Shown here piece by piece: positions 1 through 8,803 of a stretch of 64,000 nt of DNA (position 1 is the stretch's first letter; every line of letters begins with the position of its first letter). The stretch lies in the IMG/VR virus record IMGVR_UViG_3300021425_000005. One strand, given 5' to 3'. The notes below the pieces were generated by a model that was given only the letters and a program-made list of their open reading frames with translations, did not search any database and was not told the DNA's origin. The DNA comes from a virus. A program made the translations under genes and the position numbers.

Positions 1-37
1 GGGGAGGAGGAAAGGAGACTCAACTCCCCCCAGCTGT

Positions 38-229
38 CTAAGCCTCAAAGAAGCTATATGACAGCTTATTCATTGTCCCAGTCTTCTCTGAGCACTTCTT
101 GATGTATGCCACGACACAATCAGTGGTGATAATATAGTGGTCTGCAAGGTTCTGTGCACCCTGCTCAGTGTAGGCATATCCAAGGATCTTGCCAGTGGCT
201 CCACACTCTACATAATACTCTGCAAACAT
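38..229 (-). CDS. small hypothetical early protein
   Basis: 63-aa ORF with AGGA SD, directly downstream of the sigma70-like promoter at 257-284. Confidence 0.7.
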   Translation of the reverse strand: MFAEYYVECGATGKILGYAYTEQGAQNLADHYIITTDCVVAYIKKCSEKTGTMNKLSYSFFEA

Positions 230-256
230 AGTTATATCCTCTCTTAACTATAACTT

Positions 257-284
257 ATTATAACTGAACTGACATAAAAGTCAA
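257..284 (-). promoter_or_regulatory. sigma70-type early promoter
   Basis: TTGACT-N16-TATAAT on the minus strand, A-tract upstream. Confidence 0.75.
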
Positions 285-291
285 GCGTTTT

Positions 292-528
292 TTATGCTGC
301 TCTACCATTACGAACAGGAGAAACAACGATCCGATTATTCACCTCTAGGATGATTTCGATCCGTTCAACTGCATCCTGGATGGTTTCGAGAGATGCCACT
401 TCATAATATGGATGAGCGAAGATGATTTGGTCCAACTCAGGGATGCTAATACAGCCAGAGTCATTCTCTACTGCTACCAAGAAGGCATCATTCGTTACAT
501 CATTAATAAACTCTTCAAGATGTGTCAT
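292..528 (-). CDS. small hypothetical early protein
   Basis: 78-aa acidic ORF with SD; TTGACA and TATAAT elements upstream at 560-591. Confidence 0.65.
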   Translation of the reverse strand: MTHLEEFINDVTNDAFLVAVENDSGCISIPELDQIIFAHPYYEVASLETIQDAVERIEIILEVNNRIVVSPVRNGRAA

Positions 529-636
529 AATCAGTTCCTTTCAATCATCTCTCTACACTATTATAATGCCTCAAGACAAGCATAATGTCAACAATAAAAT
601 GGAGATTAGAGCATCTTTTTTGTGTGCAGAGAATGC

Positions 637-665
637 TTGACTTCCTGCAGCGAATGTTTTAGACT
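637..665 (+). promoter_or_regulatory. sigma70-type promoter on the + strand with no downstream sense gene
   Basis: TTGACT-N17-TAGACT. Confidence 0.5.
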
Positions 666-1004
666 AGATCGGATCTGCAGCGACAGGATCTCCGTGAATT
701 AGGATCCACAGAAATCACCCATCTTTGCCTAGTCGGAGTTCAAGCACAGAACATTTACGCTCCAGCTTCTCTACTTTCTCCTTCAGCATCTTCAATTCAA
801 ACTCAAGGATACGCTGTTTCTCCTCGCGTTTATCGCTCTCTGTTCGATATCCTCTAACCCAAGCCATTATTCATTACTTATCCTGTTTCATAATCTTGGT
901 AGTTACAATCGGTTCATAAGTCCACTGATTGAACGATCGATATTCTTTATATCGAATACCATCCTTCTCATATATGGTCAATGCACCATCCTGCTCAATT
1001 ATCT

Positions 1005-1238
1005 TCATCTTTTGCTCTTATAGTATCGAGAATAATGATCTCTCATTTTGAGTGAAAAATAACAGTCTGGATCTTTTCCCTGCTTATAATCTGCCAACCA
1101 TTGTTCATATAGCTTCTTTGCTAGAGGGTCATGTTTCAAAAAACCAGTTCTTAGCTTATACAACTGGACATCCAGAGCACTGATAATATGATCTTCATCA
1201 CCAATAGTCAAATCTGAGTAATGCTTAATCTCACTCAT
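1005..1238 (-). CDS. hypothetical protein
   Basis: 77-aa ORF overlapping the upstream ORF in a co-oriented string. Confidence 0.6.
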   Translation of the reverse strand: MSEIKHYSDLTIGDEDHIISALDVQLYKLRTGFLKHDPLAKKLYEQWLADYKQGKDPDCYFSLKMRDHYSRYYKSKR

Positions 1239-1467
1239 CTGACATGCCTTCTTCTAATGCAATGCGTTCCATTATATCATATACAGCAGTTACATATCCA
1301 TCAATGAATGTGTCATCATCAGAATAATAGCCTTTTTTGGCTTCATTCTGAATGTTTTCTAGGAAGGGCATTAACCAATCATGGGCTTTAAGAGTCGGTT
1401 TCATCAAGATTTCTTCCTGCTTTCTTAGCATAATAATGACAGTCTTGGTCTGTCCAGATGTCTTCAT
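1231..1467 (-). CDS. hypothetical protein
   Basis: 78-aa ORF in a co-oriented string. Confidence 0.55.
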   Translation of the reverse strand: MKTSGQTKTVIIMLRKQEEILMKPTLKAHDWLMPFLENIQNEAKKGYYSDDDTFIDGYVTAVYDIMERIALEEGMSDE

Positions 1468-1521
1468 CCTTCACTAAGAATAGGACTGCAAAGAGCGCAA
1501 TATAGGAGAGAATTCCGATTA

Positions 1522-1779
1522 TCATTCCTCTGGCTCCCATCTATACTCTGTGCAGCCTTTTCTATCAGACCACCAATCTTCTTCGCAATCGCGTTCTTCA
1601 GCGATCGAGAAGATTAATTCCGAGATTATATCGTGATTTTCTGGATTGATAGTGTCTGGATCTTCCATATAGTCTAGAACATCTTGCTCCATTACACCAG
1701 CCTCCACGAGATCCTCTGGAGTTATTTCCATTGTGCGACGAAGAATTACAGTGTGTGTTTCAATTTGTGTGTATATCAT
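1522..1779 (-). CDS. hypothetical acidic protein
   Basis: 85-aa ORF abutting the upstream ORF. Confidence 0.6.
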   Translation of the reverse strand: MIYTQIETHTVILRRTMEITPEDLVEAGVMEQDVLDYMEDPDTINPENHDIISELIFSIAEERDCEEDWWSDRKGCTEYRWEPEE

Positions 1780-2474
1780 TTACTTAATCCTTGTCAGACG
1801 ATGCATTAGATTGGAAACCTTACGAGCCTCTGCTTCATCGAGACTGTTCCCATAATTATGCGCATACACTGAAACAGCTTTATGGAGGATTGCGAAGTCC
1901 TCTTGGCTGAATACTGCGCGTGGGCGAGGGTTGAAACTCTTATCTTTTGGACGATTCATCGAATAACTCCGCCTTTGTGGAAACCTCTGCGGCATGGTCA
2001 ATGAAGTCCCAGACTGCCATGAGAATCAGCATTGCAGCACCGAAAAGACCAAAAAAAGACCCTGCGGACGAATTTCCTACGGCAGCAATGTGTAATATAT
2101 TTGTTCCCAGCAATGAGACACCAAGAAAAAGAGAGATGAAACCAAGTTTTAATTTACTCATATCATAATACCTTTATATTTTTGAGTGGATGGGGAGTGA
2201 TGTTTTTATCAACATTCACTGTTACTTTGACTCTCCTCCCTTGCTCATCAGTATAGATCTGAGTCAGTGGTCCAGACTGAGGTGCATCGCACCAGTTACA
2301 TGTCTCTTTGTCAGCCACATAGAGATAGCTTCTTTCTGCTTTACAAAAATGCTTCCAGAAATAATCAGCCATTTTCATTCCTCTGTTCGTATAGTTCAAG
2401 AGCGAGACGGAATGAATCAATGTAGTTCAAGCCATCTGCGCGATAGGATGTGAAATACCAGAGAAAGTCACGCA

Positions 2475-2858
2475 TTACGCTGCCTCCATCATTTCAGTGC
2501 ATTCATATTCACGATCCCAACGACCGATATTGACATCCATATAATAAGCGGTGTCAAAGTAATCAGTCATCGCGTCAGAGCGGTCATACCAGACATCACC
2601 CTTCATAGCAGCAATCAGTTCGGTCAGGAAGGCACGAGCCTCTCCATTCCAACCACGATCGATATGATAAGGATTCACTTGATAGTGATAGTCATTGCCA
2701 GAACAGTCAGCAGCGAAGTCAATCGCCCCAGACTTGAGGTTTACGACCAGAGTCATATGATTACGAACAGCAATTGTGCCCTTCACATCATATTTCTTCA
2801 GCACTGCTTTGATTCCAGGAGCCAATTTTGCTTTCAATTCTTTAGATACATAAGCCAT
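2475..2858 (-). CDS. LPD29-like (large polyvalent protein-associated domain) protein
   Basis: C-terminal YDRSDAMTDYFDTAYY motif typical of this family; start trimmed to MAYVSK with GGAG SD. Confidence 0.6.
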   Translation of the reverse strand: MAYVSKELKAKLAPGIKAVLKKYDVKGTIAVRNHMTLVVNLKSGAIDFAADCSGNDYHYQVNPYHIDRGWNGEARAFLTELIAAMKGDVWYDRSDAMTDYFDTAYYMDVNIGRWDREYECTEMMEAA

Positions 2859-3064
2859 TAGATTTGCTCCTTTCGGATATTGCACATAAGAAACTTAATA
2901 TCGTTGATGCTTTGAATCGCATCCCCATTCATCTTCATATTGATCTGCTCTTGCACATCAGACAGCATAGAGAACAGAACATACATCTGGGATTTTTCCT
3001 TAGAACCACCTACCATGTCCATATTGTTGATAACTGCATCATTAAAGCGTTCAATCATATTCAT
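2858..3064 (-). CDS. hypothetical early protein
   Basis: Start trimmed to MNMIER after GAGG SD and the promoter at 3095-3123. Confidence 0.6.
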   Translation of the reverse strand: MNMIERFNDAVINNMDMVGGSKEKSQMYVLFSMLSDVQEQINMKMNGDAIQSINDIKFLMCNIRKEQI

Positions 3065-3094
3065 AGTTTTTTCCTCTCTCTTAACTATACATAC

Positions 3095-3123
3095 ATTATG
3101 CAGCAATTCTAATCAAATGTCAA
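3095..3123 (-). promoter_or_regulatory. sigma70-type early promoter
   Basis: TTGACA-N17-CATAAT. Confidence 0.7.
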
Positions 3124-3603
3124 GGTATTTTTTGGATTTGTTTCAACTTTTTTTATACCTGCAATACGATATCTTTCAGCAGGACAAGTGAAATCTACAT
3201 CCCTCTGTTCCCGCAAAGTGGCATCCTCAGACTTTAAAATAGTCACCATTGGATTGTCTTTTATGTCATTCCACATTGTTTCAATCGTCAAAGTGTCGCG
3301 TTCCCTCTCCCACTTCAACCATATCTGTTTAATTGGGAAGGGGTGTTCATTCGTCGTCAGCTTATGCCATTGTTCATATGAAACTCTTGACTTCAGTTCT
3401 AATGCTGCTTCACTCATTAATGTATTATATTTTTTGACTCGTGCACTATCTGCAAAATATCCGACAGTAGCTGCATCTGATAATGCACGCATCATTTGAC
3501 CCATATCTTTATAATGTGGGATCTCATCCTGAATGGCTTTCAGGAGAGTTTCTAATCGCCATTTCATTTGATCGGCGAAACTTTTTGGATATCCCTCAAA
3601 CAC
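3109..3603 (-). CDS. hypothetical protein, possible His-Me finger (HNH-like) nuclease
   Basis: TNEHPFP...VTILKSE...L...RY..AGI pattern. Confidence 0.4.
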   Translation of the reverse strand: MFEGYPKSFADQMKWRLETLLKAIQDEIPHYKDMGQMMRALSDAATVGYFADSARVKKYNTLMSEAALELKSRVSYEQWHKLTTNEHPFPIKQIWLKWERERDTLTIETMWNDIKDNPMVTILKSEDATLREQRDVDFTCPAERYRIAGIKKVETNPKNTLTFD

Positions 3604-3802
3604 CTAAGATATTTCCTGCTTTGTTCTGATCAAGCGAGCCACCATTGCGGAGATGTTCCTCGACTTGTTCGAAATAGAAAGCGGCATCATCGTGCCCATA
3701 TTCTTCCAATGCTTGCTTGCATGCCTTGAAGAACAACATTGTTTTCATATCGCTTCCGCTATCAGCACCCGAAGCGCGATGTGTTTTACCCATTCGTTGC
3801 AT
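3596..3802 (-). CDS. hypothetical protein
   Basis: 68-aa ORF coupled to both neighbours. Confidence 0.6.
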   Translation of the reverse strand: MQRMGKTHRASGADSGSDMKTMLFFKACKQALEEYGHDDAAFYFEQVEEHLRNGGSLDQNKAGNILGV

Positions 3803-4302
3803 TATATCAGCCTCTCTCCATATGCATAGATTTCAGATTTACAGACCGACGCACTGAAGCGCGGATCTTTATTCTGTTTGCCGTCCTGTTTCCGTTGGAA
3901 AGCCCGACGCACTTTTGGAAGTATAATCTCGAGAACATCGTTACCATCTAACTTCCAGAGTTCGACCACCTTACCACCCTCGTATCGAGCATAATAGTGG
4001 TTCTTGTATTTTGCGATCTTATCTTCTCGCAAATAACGCACCTGCTCATCCCATGTCGGTTGGCAGGAGATAGCACCATAATGTGCCGCAATCGAGTTAC
4101 CGATGGTCGACTTATATTCACAGCCACCATCCTCGTCATAACCGTCTGCTCCAGACAGCGTATCAGATACTGTATGTCCTAACAGACCAGCCATGTGGAT
4201 CTCTTTACTGCGAGCATACGAAAAAGGATCGCCCCACCCATGTTCCTCACACAGGTCGAACATATCTTCATACAATTTACGAAACTTTTGCTCGGGTGTC
4301 AT
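3802..4302 (-). CDS. putative PD-(D/E)xK restriction-endonuclease-fold protein
   Basis: E(IHMA)...GAD...EYK catalytic-type motif; start trimmed to MTPEQ with GGAGG SD. Confidence 0.55.
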   Translation of the reverse strand: MTPEQKFRKLYEDMFDLCEEHGWGDPFSYARSKEIHMAGLLGHTVSDTLSGADGYDEDGGCEYKSTIGNSIAAHYGAISCQPTWDEQVRYLREDKIAKYKNHYYARYEGGKVVELWKLDGNDVLEIILPKVRRAFQRKQDGKQNKDPRFSASVCKSEIYAYGERLI

Positions 4303-4304
4303 GA

Positions 4305-4505
4305 TTAGTCCTCCAAGCCTTCCATATGATCGGCGCATTCGGCGTCGTTAATGAAACCCCAAACCTCCTCTAAAAACGCTTCTAAATCTTCGAATGAAGC
4401 GTTTTCTGGGTCTTCGGTTGGCCAATCGAAACCGTATAAAATGGCTTCGTCTTTGAGTTTTAAAATCTCTTTAATAAGTGCTTGTTTCATGACTTGTCCT
4501 CTCAT
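4305..4505 (-). CDS. hypothetical acidic early protein
   Basis: Short ORF after the promoter at 4521-4548. Confidence 0.6.
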   Translation of the reverse strand: MRGQVMKQALIKEILKLKDEAILYGFDWPTEDPENASFEDLEAFLEEVWGFINDAECADHMEGLED

Positions 4506-4518
4506 TTCAAGTTATACT

Positions 4519-5070
4519 TTATTCTAGCACATTGGAGATAAATGTCAACACCTTTTTTGTATCTTCTGCATTTTTATGTTCGAATGTCGTAATGTCTCCA
4601 TCATCAAACAGGTTTGGTCCAAACTCGGACTTGATATTCTTCAGCTTCGTAAAGCGAGACTGGATGAATTGTTCAGACTGATCAGAGCCACGATCGACAT
4701 ACCGCTGCTCTCGAAGGTCGTCTGGGACAGTCAACTCGACAATCACCAGCTTATGACCAGCTGCTTTCACTGCTTGGAAGAATGAGACTGTGGTCAGGCG
4801 ATCGCCCTCGAATACCACCGTGTCAGCAGGATCTCCCTCGAGATACTCGATTGCCTTCGGTTGGACAGCCATCGAGAGGCGATCGGTTCCAGAGAACACC
4901 TCACCCTCCTCATACTTACCCATGACAAAGATACCCTCATCTCGAGCCAGATACCCATCCAGCAGGTCAACTGGCTTGTGTTCTTCCCACATCCAGTTTT
5001 CAAGAAACTGTTTCATTAATGTCGACTTCCCAGTTCCAGGAACACCGACGATCGCAATCACTGTGCTCAT
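4519..5070 (-). CDS. P-loop kinase, 5-hydroxymethyluracil DNA kinase (5-HMUDK)-like
   Basis: Walker A GVPGTGKST, F.GTDRLSMAVQP, VFEGDRL and R..RGS.Q motifs; adjacent to the amino acid:DNA transferase. Confidence 0.8.
   Translation of the reverse strand: MSTVIAIVGVPGTGKSTLMKQFLENWMWEEHKPVDLLDGYLARDEGIFVMGKYEEGEVFSGTDRLSMAVQPKAIEYLEGDPADTVVFEGDRLTTVSFFQAVKAAGHKLVIVELTVPDDLREQRYVDRGSDQSEQFIQSRFTKLKNIKSEFGPNLFDDGDITTFEHKNAEDTKKVLTFISNVLE
4521..4548 (-). promoter_or_regulatory. sigma70-type early promoter within the 3' end of the kinase gene
   Basis: TTGACA-N16-TAGAAT followed by the conserved GTATAACTTGA leader. Confidence 0.65.
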
Positions 5071-5360
5071 TTAAACAATCCGACCAATGATGGTTTTTTA
5101 GGCATTTCTGTAATCAACCCATGATGAAGACGAACTTGGTCATCAAATTTTTCTACACCACATGCTGTGATCATCTTGCCTTGTTCCTCACACCAGACTG
5201 GGGTGTTATAAGCCTTAATACAGACATTTCTCTTTGGGGAATCTGGGCTATTAGCCCAACCTCTTTCCGTATAGAACTGGTTTTCGGGTAAAAAATCTTT
5301 CCACACTCGACACCAATAGTGTTTCTCACCAAAAATTAATTTAACCATATCACTACTCAT
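5067..5360 (-). CDS. hypothetical protein in the DNA-modification operon
   Basis: 97 aa, 4-nt overlaps on both sides; ends in SLVGLFK. Confidence 0.65.
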   Translation of the reverse strand: MSSDMVKLIFGEKHYWCRVWKDFLPENQFYTERGWANSPDSPKRNVCIKAYNTPVWCEEQGKMITACGVEKFDDQVRLHHGLITEMPKKPSLVGLFK

Positions 5361-6370
5361 AGCGGTAAAACTCCCTCTACATTTTGTTCATCACTATACA
5401 TCATCTCCAGACGATCCAGCTGTCCCGTCTTTAGAAATGAATCAAACTTACTCTTGTTTATACCTGTTTTTGTCGCTAATGTCAAGTCTAAAGTTTCTGC
5501 TCTGGCTTGCCATAACACTTCCCATTCGATACCAGACCACCCATCCTGCTCGACTTTCATAATCTCTTCAGCTTGGCGATCCAGATAGTAACCGAGATAC
5601 CGACCGTGATGTGTTCTAAACAGCTTCTTGAAGGAGCAGAGACACGTCTCCATAGAGAAATAGTCCAACTGATCAGCGAGGTGTGGATATTCGATACGCA
5701 TCTCTTGTAACAGATACCGAGCGTTGTCCTCCAGTCTCTGATACTCGTCTGCAGTCAGCCTTGTATTCACTTTATCCTCTTCGCCGAGAGCATAGAGCCA
5801 GCCATTGCGATGAGAGCGTGAGCCAGAATAATCATTCAGCATCAGACTGGTTGACTCCATGGGGATATCTGCTGTATGCTTCAGCTGTTGCATATAAAAC
5901 CAAGTCGAGTAGCGACCAAACTTATACAGACCATCCTTCAGAGCCACCCAGAGATTATCGAAGTTCTGTTCCTCGTTGTCTCCGAAATACGACTCCAGCT
6001 TCTCACGCTGCGTTCCCTTGCCCACGAACTTCTCATACGAGGCATACATGTCTGCCAGATGTCCCTTGCTCCACTTGGTGTCAGTCTGATAGCGAAGGCG
6101 TTTATAGTTCTCCGTGTTCCAAGCATCCATGCGATCGAATGTAGCCAACTCGAAATCAGGAAACTCATTCATCAGCACCCACGAGGTCGGGAGATAGTAT
6201 GTATTGCCATACAGCCACGAGAACCAGAGGCGTTGCTCATCATTATGCTCATAGCGTTCGTTGATGTAATTAGCCATCCAGATGGCAGGGTCACAGTCAC
6301 CGTAGTTCAGCGACCATGCATACCACCGCTTGAATGCTTCACGACGATTCTGGCGTTCTCTATAATCCAC
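5357..6370 (-). CDS. amino acid:DNA transferase (alpha-glutamyl/putrescinyl-thymine pyrophosphorylase clade 2)
   Basis: DCDP, W..WLYGNTY, LRYQTD.KW, HhH-like FGRYSTWFY.Q, ETCLC.FKK and RY.GYYLDRQ motifs. Confidence 0.8.
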   Translation of the reverse strand: MDYRERQNRREAFKRWYAWSLNYGDCDPAIWMANYINERYEHNDEQRLWFSWLYGNTYYLPTSWVLMNEFPDFELATFDRMDAWNTENYKRLRYQTDTKWSKGHLADMYASYEKFVGKGTQREKLESYFGDNEEQNFDNLWVALKDGLYKFGRYSTWFYMQQLKHTADIPMESTSLMLNDYSGSRSHRNGWLYALGEEDKVNTRLTADEYQRLEDNARYLLQEMRIEYPHLADQLDYFSMETCLCSFKKLFRTHHGRYLGYYLDRQAEEIMKVEQDGWSGIEWEVLWQARAETLDLTLATKTGINKSKFDSFLKTGQLDRLEMMYSDEQNVEGVLPL

Positions 6371-6905
6371 GTGGCTCTTTCCAATAGTCTTTCACGCAAC
6401 CACCCATACCTTTCTTAGTGACTTCTTTCTCTGTATAATCATCCCATTCCCAGATGAGATCGTTTACACTTGGTCCAGCGAGGCGTCCAATAGACAGATA
6501 GGTGTCGGATGCTTGAATGCCCCAAGTCTTAAAACCCACCTTCTGGTAAGCAGTCAGAGCAGGAGCATTGATTGATACTCGGAAGTGTTTTAGATTCGCC
6601 ATATACGCACGATGAACAGCGTCCTCACACAGAGCGCGAAACACACCTTTGCCCCTCGCGTCTGGGATAGTGACGATCCACTTCAGATTAGCATAGTTCT
6701 TCATCATCTTGGTAGCAATAACACCCAAGATCTTACCATCCTCGTAAAATGCGCGGATACAGTCATGACATTTGTCGTCAATGATTCCACGCTTCATTTT
6801 AGAGAAGAATTTGTCTGTGGCTTTATGTTCTTCACAAAACACAGACCATTCGTCAAATGACAGGTTGGAGATCCCGTCCTGCACATTCGACTCGCTCAGA
6901 TTCAT
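6360..6905 (-). CDS. GNAT-family acetyltransferase
   Basis: Motif A VT.PDARGKGVFRAL and motif B N.PAL.AYQKVGF; start trimmed to MNLSES. Confidence 0.8.
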   Translation of the reverse strand: MNLSESNVQDGISNLSFDEWSVFCEEHKATDKFFSKMKRGIIDDKCHDCIRAFYEDGKILGVIATKMMKNYANLKWIVTIPDARGKGVFRALCEDAVHRAYMANLKHFRVSINAPALTAYQKVGFKTWGIQASDTYLSIGRLAGPSVNDLIWEWDDYTEKEVTKKGMGGCVKDYWKEPRGL

Positions 6906-7491
6906 TAGTGATTCCAGCACGTTTTGCAATGTCCTTTGTTGATGTAATAATATAGCCATTATGTAAATCAACCTTGTAGAGAGGTCGTTTACCGTTTCGA
7001 TACCAGACCAACATACCATCAGAGTGCAACTCGATGACAGCCAGCGATGAGTTTTCCCATTCAACAGCAGGATTCAGACCAGCTTCCAGTGTGTGGTTGA
7101 TCAGTTCAGTATCGTTCTGTGTCGTTGTTTTATACCCATACAGCTTCTCCCAGTTCTCTGGGAGTTCCTGAGTGATAACACCATTGTGGACAACAGCGAC
7201 ATCGTCATTGATTTGGATGGGCTGATTGTAGCGGAGATCGCTCGTTGAATAACGACAATGCCCAATCAGGTGAAGATCGCCACTATCATCCAGAAACTGC
7301 TCCATATCAGACAGAGGAGTGAATTCAGGAGATGGGACAGGCTCTTTGATAGTGACGACCTTACCTTTGTTCACATACGATAATCCAGTCGCATGCATAC
7401 CTCGAATGCGAGATTCGAGAAACACTTTCCTCACCATTTCAAGTTGTTCAGGTGTGGGAGATTTGAGTGCTGCACCAATGACAGCGCACAT
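6853..7491 (-). CDS. class II (Ntn) glutamine amidotransferase, stand-alone
   Basis: N-terminal Met-Cys, RG.HATG, GHCRYST, NQP, VHNG and NDTE motifs. Confidence 0.85.
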   Translation of the reverse strand: MCAVIGAALKSPTPEQLEMVRKVFLESRIRGMHATGLSYVNKGKVVTIKEPVPSPEFTPLSDMEQFLDDSGDLHLIGHCRYSTSDLRYNQPIQINDDVAVVHNGVITQELPENWEKLYGYKTTTQNDTELINHTLEAGLNPAVEWENSSLAVIELHSDGMLVWYRNGKRPLYKVDLHNGYIITSTKDIAKRAGITNESERVECAGRDLQPVI

Positions 7492-8795
7492 TAAAACAGA
7501 TCCTCGAGTGAGGCGACACCAGCCGAGTTAGGATGATACTTGGTAAGCATATCCTGACCACCGTGTTCACCAAGATAATCATACCACTCTTGGGTCTCCC
7601 ACATATTAGGAGAGACACCGTTCCAGAGAGGACGCCACTCGGCATGCTCTTCATTCAGGCGGCGATGGTCAACAAAGTTCTTACGCAATGTCTCATATTC
7701 AAACGAACCAAGATTCGCCATCTTCTCGCGAGCATATGCAACGATAGAGATACGGATCGGATCGTCACCGAGGATCTGGGTGTTACCGTGAATGCCATCA
7801 TGGTTGTTCACGAGGAGCAGGTCTCCTGGATGCAACTCAACAGCAATACGATACTCTGGGAGGACAAACAGACAGCCATCCCAGCTTTTCTTACCATCAG
7901 GACTGATACAGCTGATGTTAGAGAAACCCTTTGTAAAGTCACCAGCATCACGGTGAGCAGCAGTGCGGAATGTCTTGTTGACAGTTAGCGTTGTATAAGG
8001 TGTTCCAGGAACTACAAACTTAGGATCGATATTGTTGGTAAACTCAATCTGTTTACCATAGCGTTCGGGGAGCAGTTCCTCGAACTTACGAGCCAGCGTC
8101 TGCAGGTAAGGATAGGACAGAGCGAACATCTCTGGGTTCTTCTCTGTGTAAGATGTAGCGCGACCATATGGGATACGCGGATAACGATCGAACCAGCCAG
8201 CGATACCAGAGTTCACTGTATTGGCATACGAGGTGTCAGAGATATAGTTCTTCACCATAGACTTGGCTTCAACTTTGCGTTCTTTGGCTGACAGTGGACG
8301 AATAGAGTCGAGCCACCAGTCAAAGAATTCAGAGTATTCGACACCAGCCTTTTTGATATTGTCGCGCAACCATACACGTCCACGACCAGCATCATCTGGC
8401 TTGTGGCGAGCAATAGCGTCCTCAATAGCATCGAAGTCTGCATCGAGCGAGGAATCAGGAGCAGTAAAAATCGCGTCGAGGATATCCTCCTGTAGAGGTG
8501 TCACCCAATCACGCTTACCATTCTGTCCTGCGCGTGGTCCAGCAGCCAGACCACGATTCTGTGTCTCGATAGCTGCCTCGTATAGACCAGCATATGCACC
8601 CTCTTGTTCCTCTTTAGAGAAAACTCCCTTACGGAACTTGAAGATGATATTATCTTCATTATTGACCCCACCGATCTTATCCTCGGCATACAGGTCTGTG
8701 TCGGCTGTGATAATCTGATCATAGTGACTATCATCGAGCCACTGTCCGAGCAGATGCTCACAGTCATGCTTTTCAATTGTAAGTTGTTTTACCAT
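7491..8795 (-). CDS. TET/JBP-family 2OG-Fe(II) 5-methylpyrimidine dioxygenase
   Basis: TTLTVNKTFRTAAHRDAGD (HxD), HGNT (distal His), RISIVAYARE (2OG-binding Arg); start trimmed to MVKQL with AGGAG SD. Confidence 0.85.
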   Translation of the reverse strand: MVKQLTIEKHDCEHLLGQWLDDSHYDQIITADTDLYAEDKIGGVNNEDNIIFKFRKGVFSKEEQEGAYAGLYEAAIETQNRGLAAGPRAGQNGKRDWVTPLQEDILDAIFTAPDSSLDADFDAIEDAIARHKPDDAGRGRVWLRDNIKKAGVEYSEFFDWWLDSIRPLSAKERKVEAKSMVKNYISDTSYANTVNSGIAGWFDRYPRIPYGRATSYTEKNPEMFALSYPYLQTLARKFEELLPERYGKQIEFTNNIDPKFVVPGTPYTTLTVNKTFRTAAHRDAGDFTKGFSNISCISPDGKKSWDGCLFVLPEYRIAVELHPGDLLLVNNHDGIHGNTQILGDDPIRISIVAYAREKMANLGSFEYETLRKNFVDHRRLNEEHAEWRPLWNGVSPNMWETQEWYDYLGEHGGQDMLTKYHPNSAGVASLEDLF

Positions 8796-8803
8796 ATTCA
8801 CTC

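Noticed and set aside
1-32. GGGGAG...CTCCCC inverted repeat at the window edge
   Set aside because: It is truncated by the window boundary. It is probably an ordinary terminator hairpin and cannot be evaluated.
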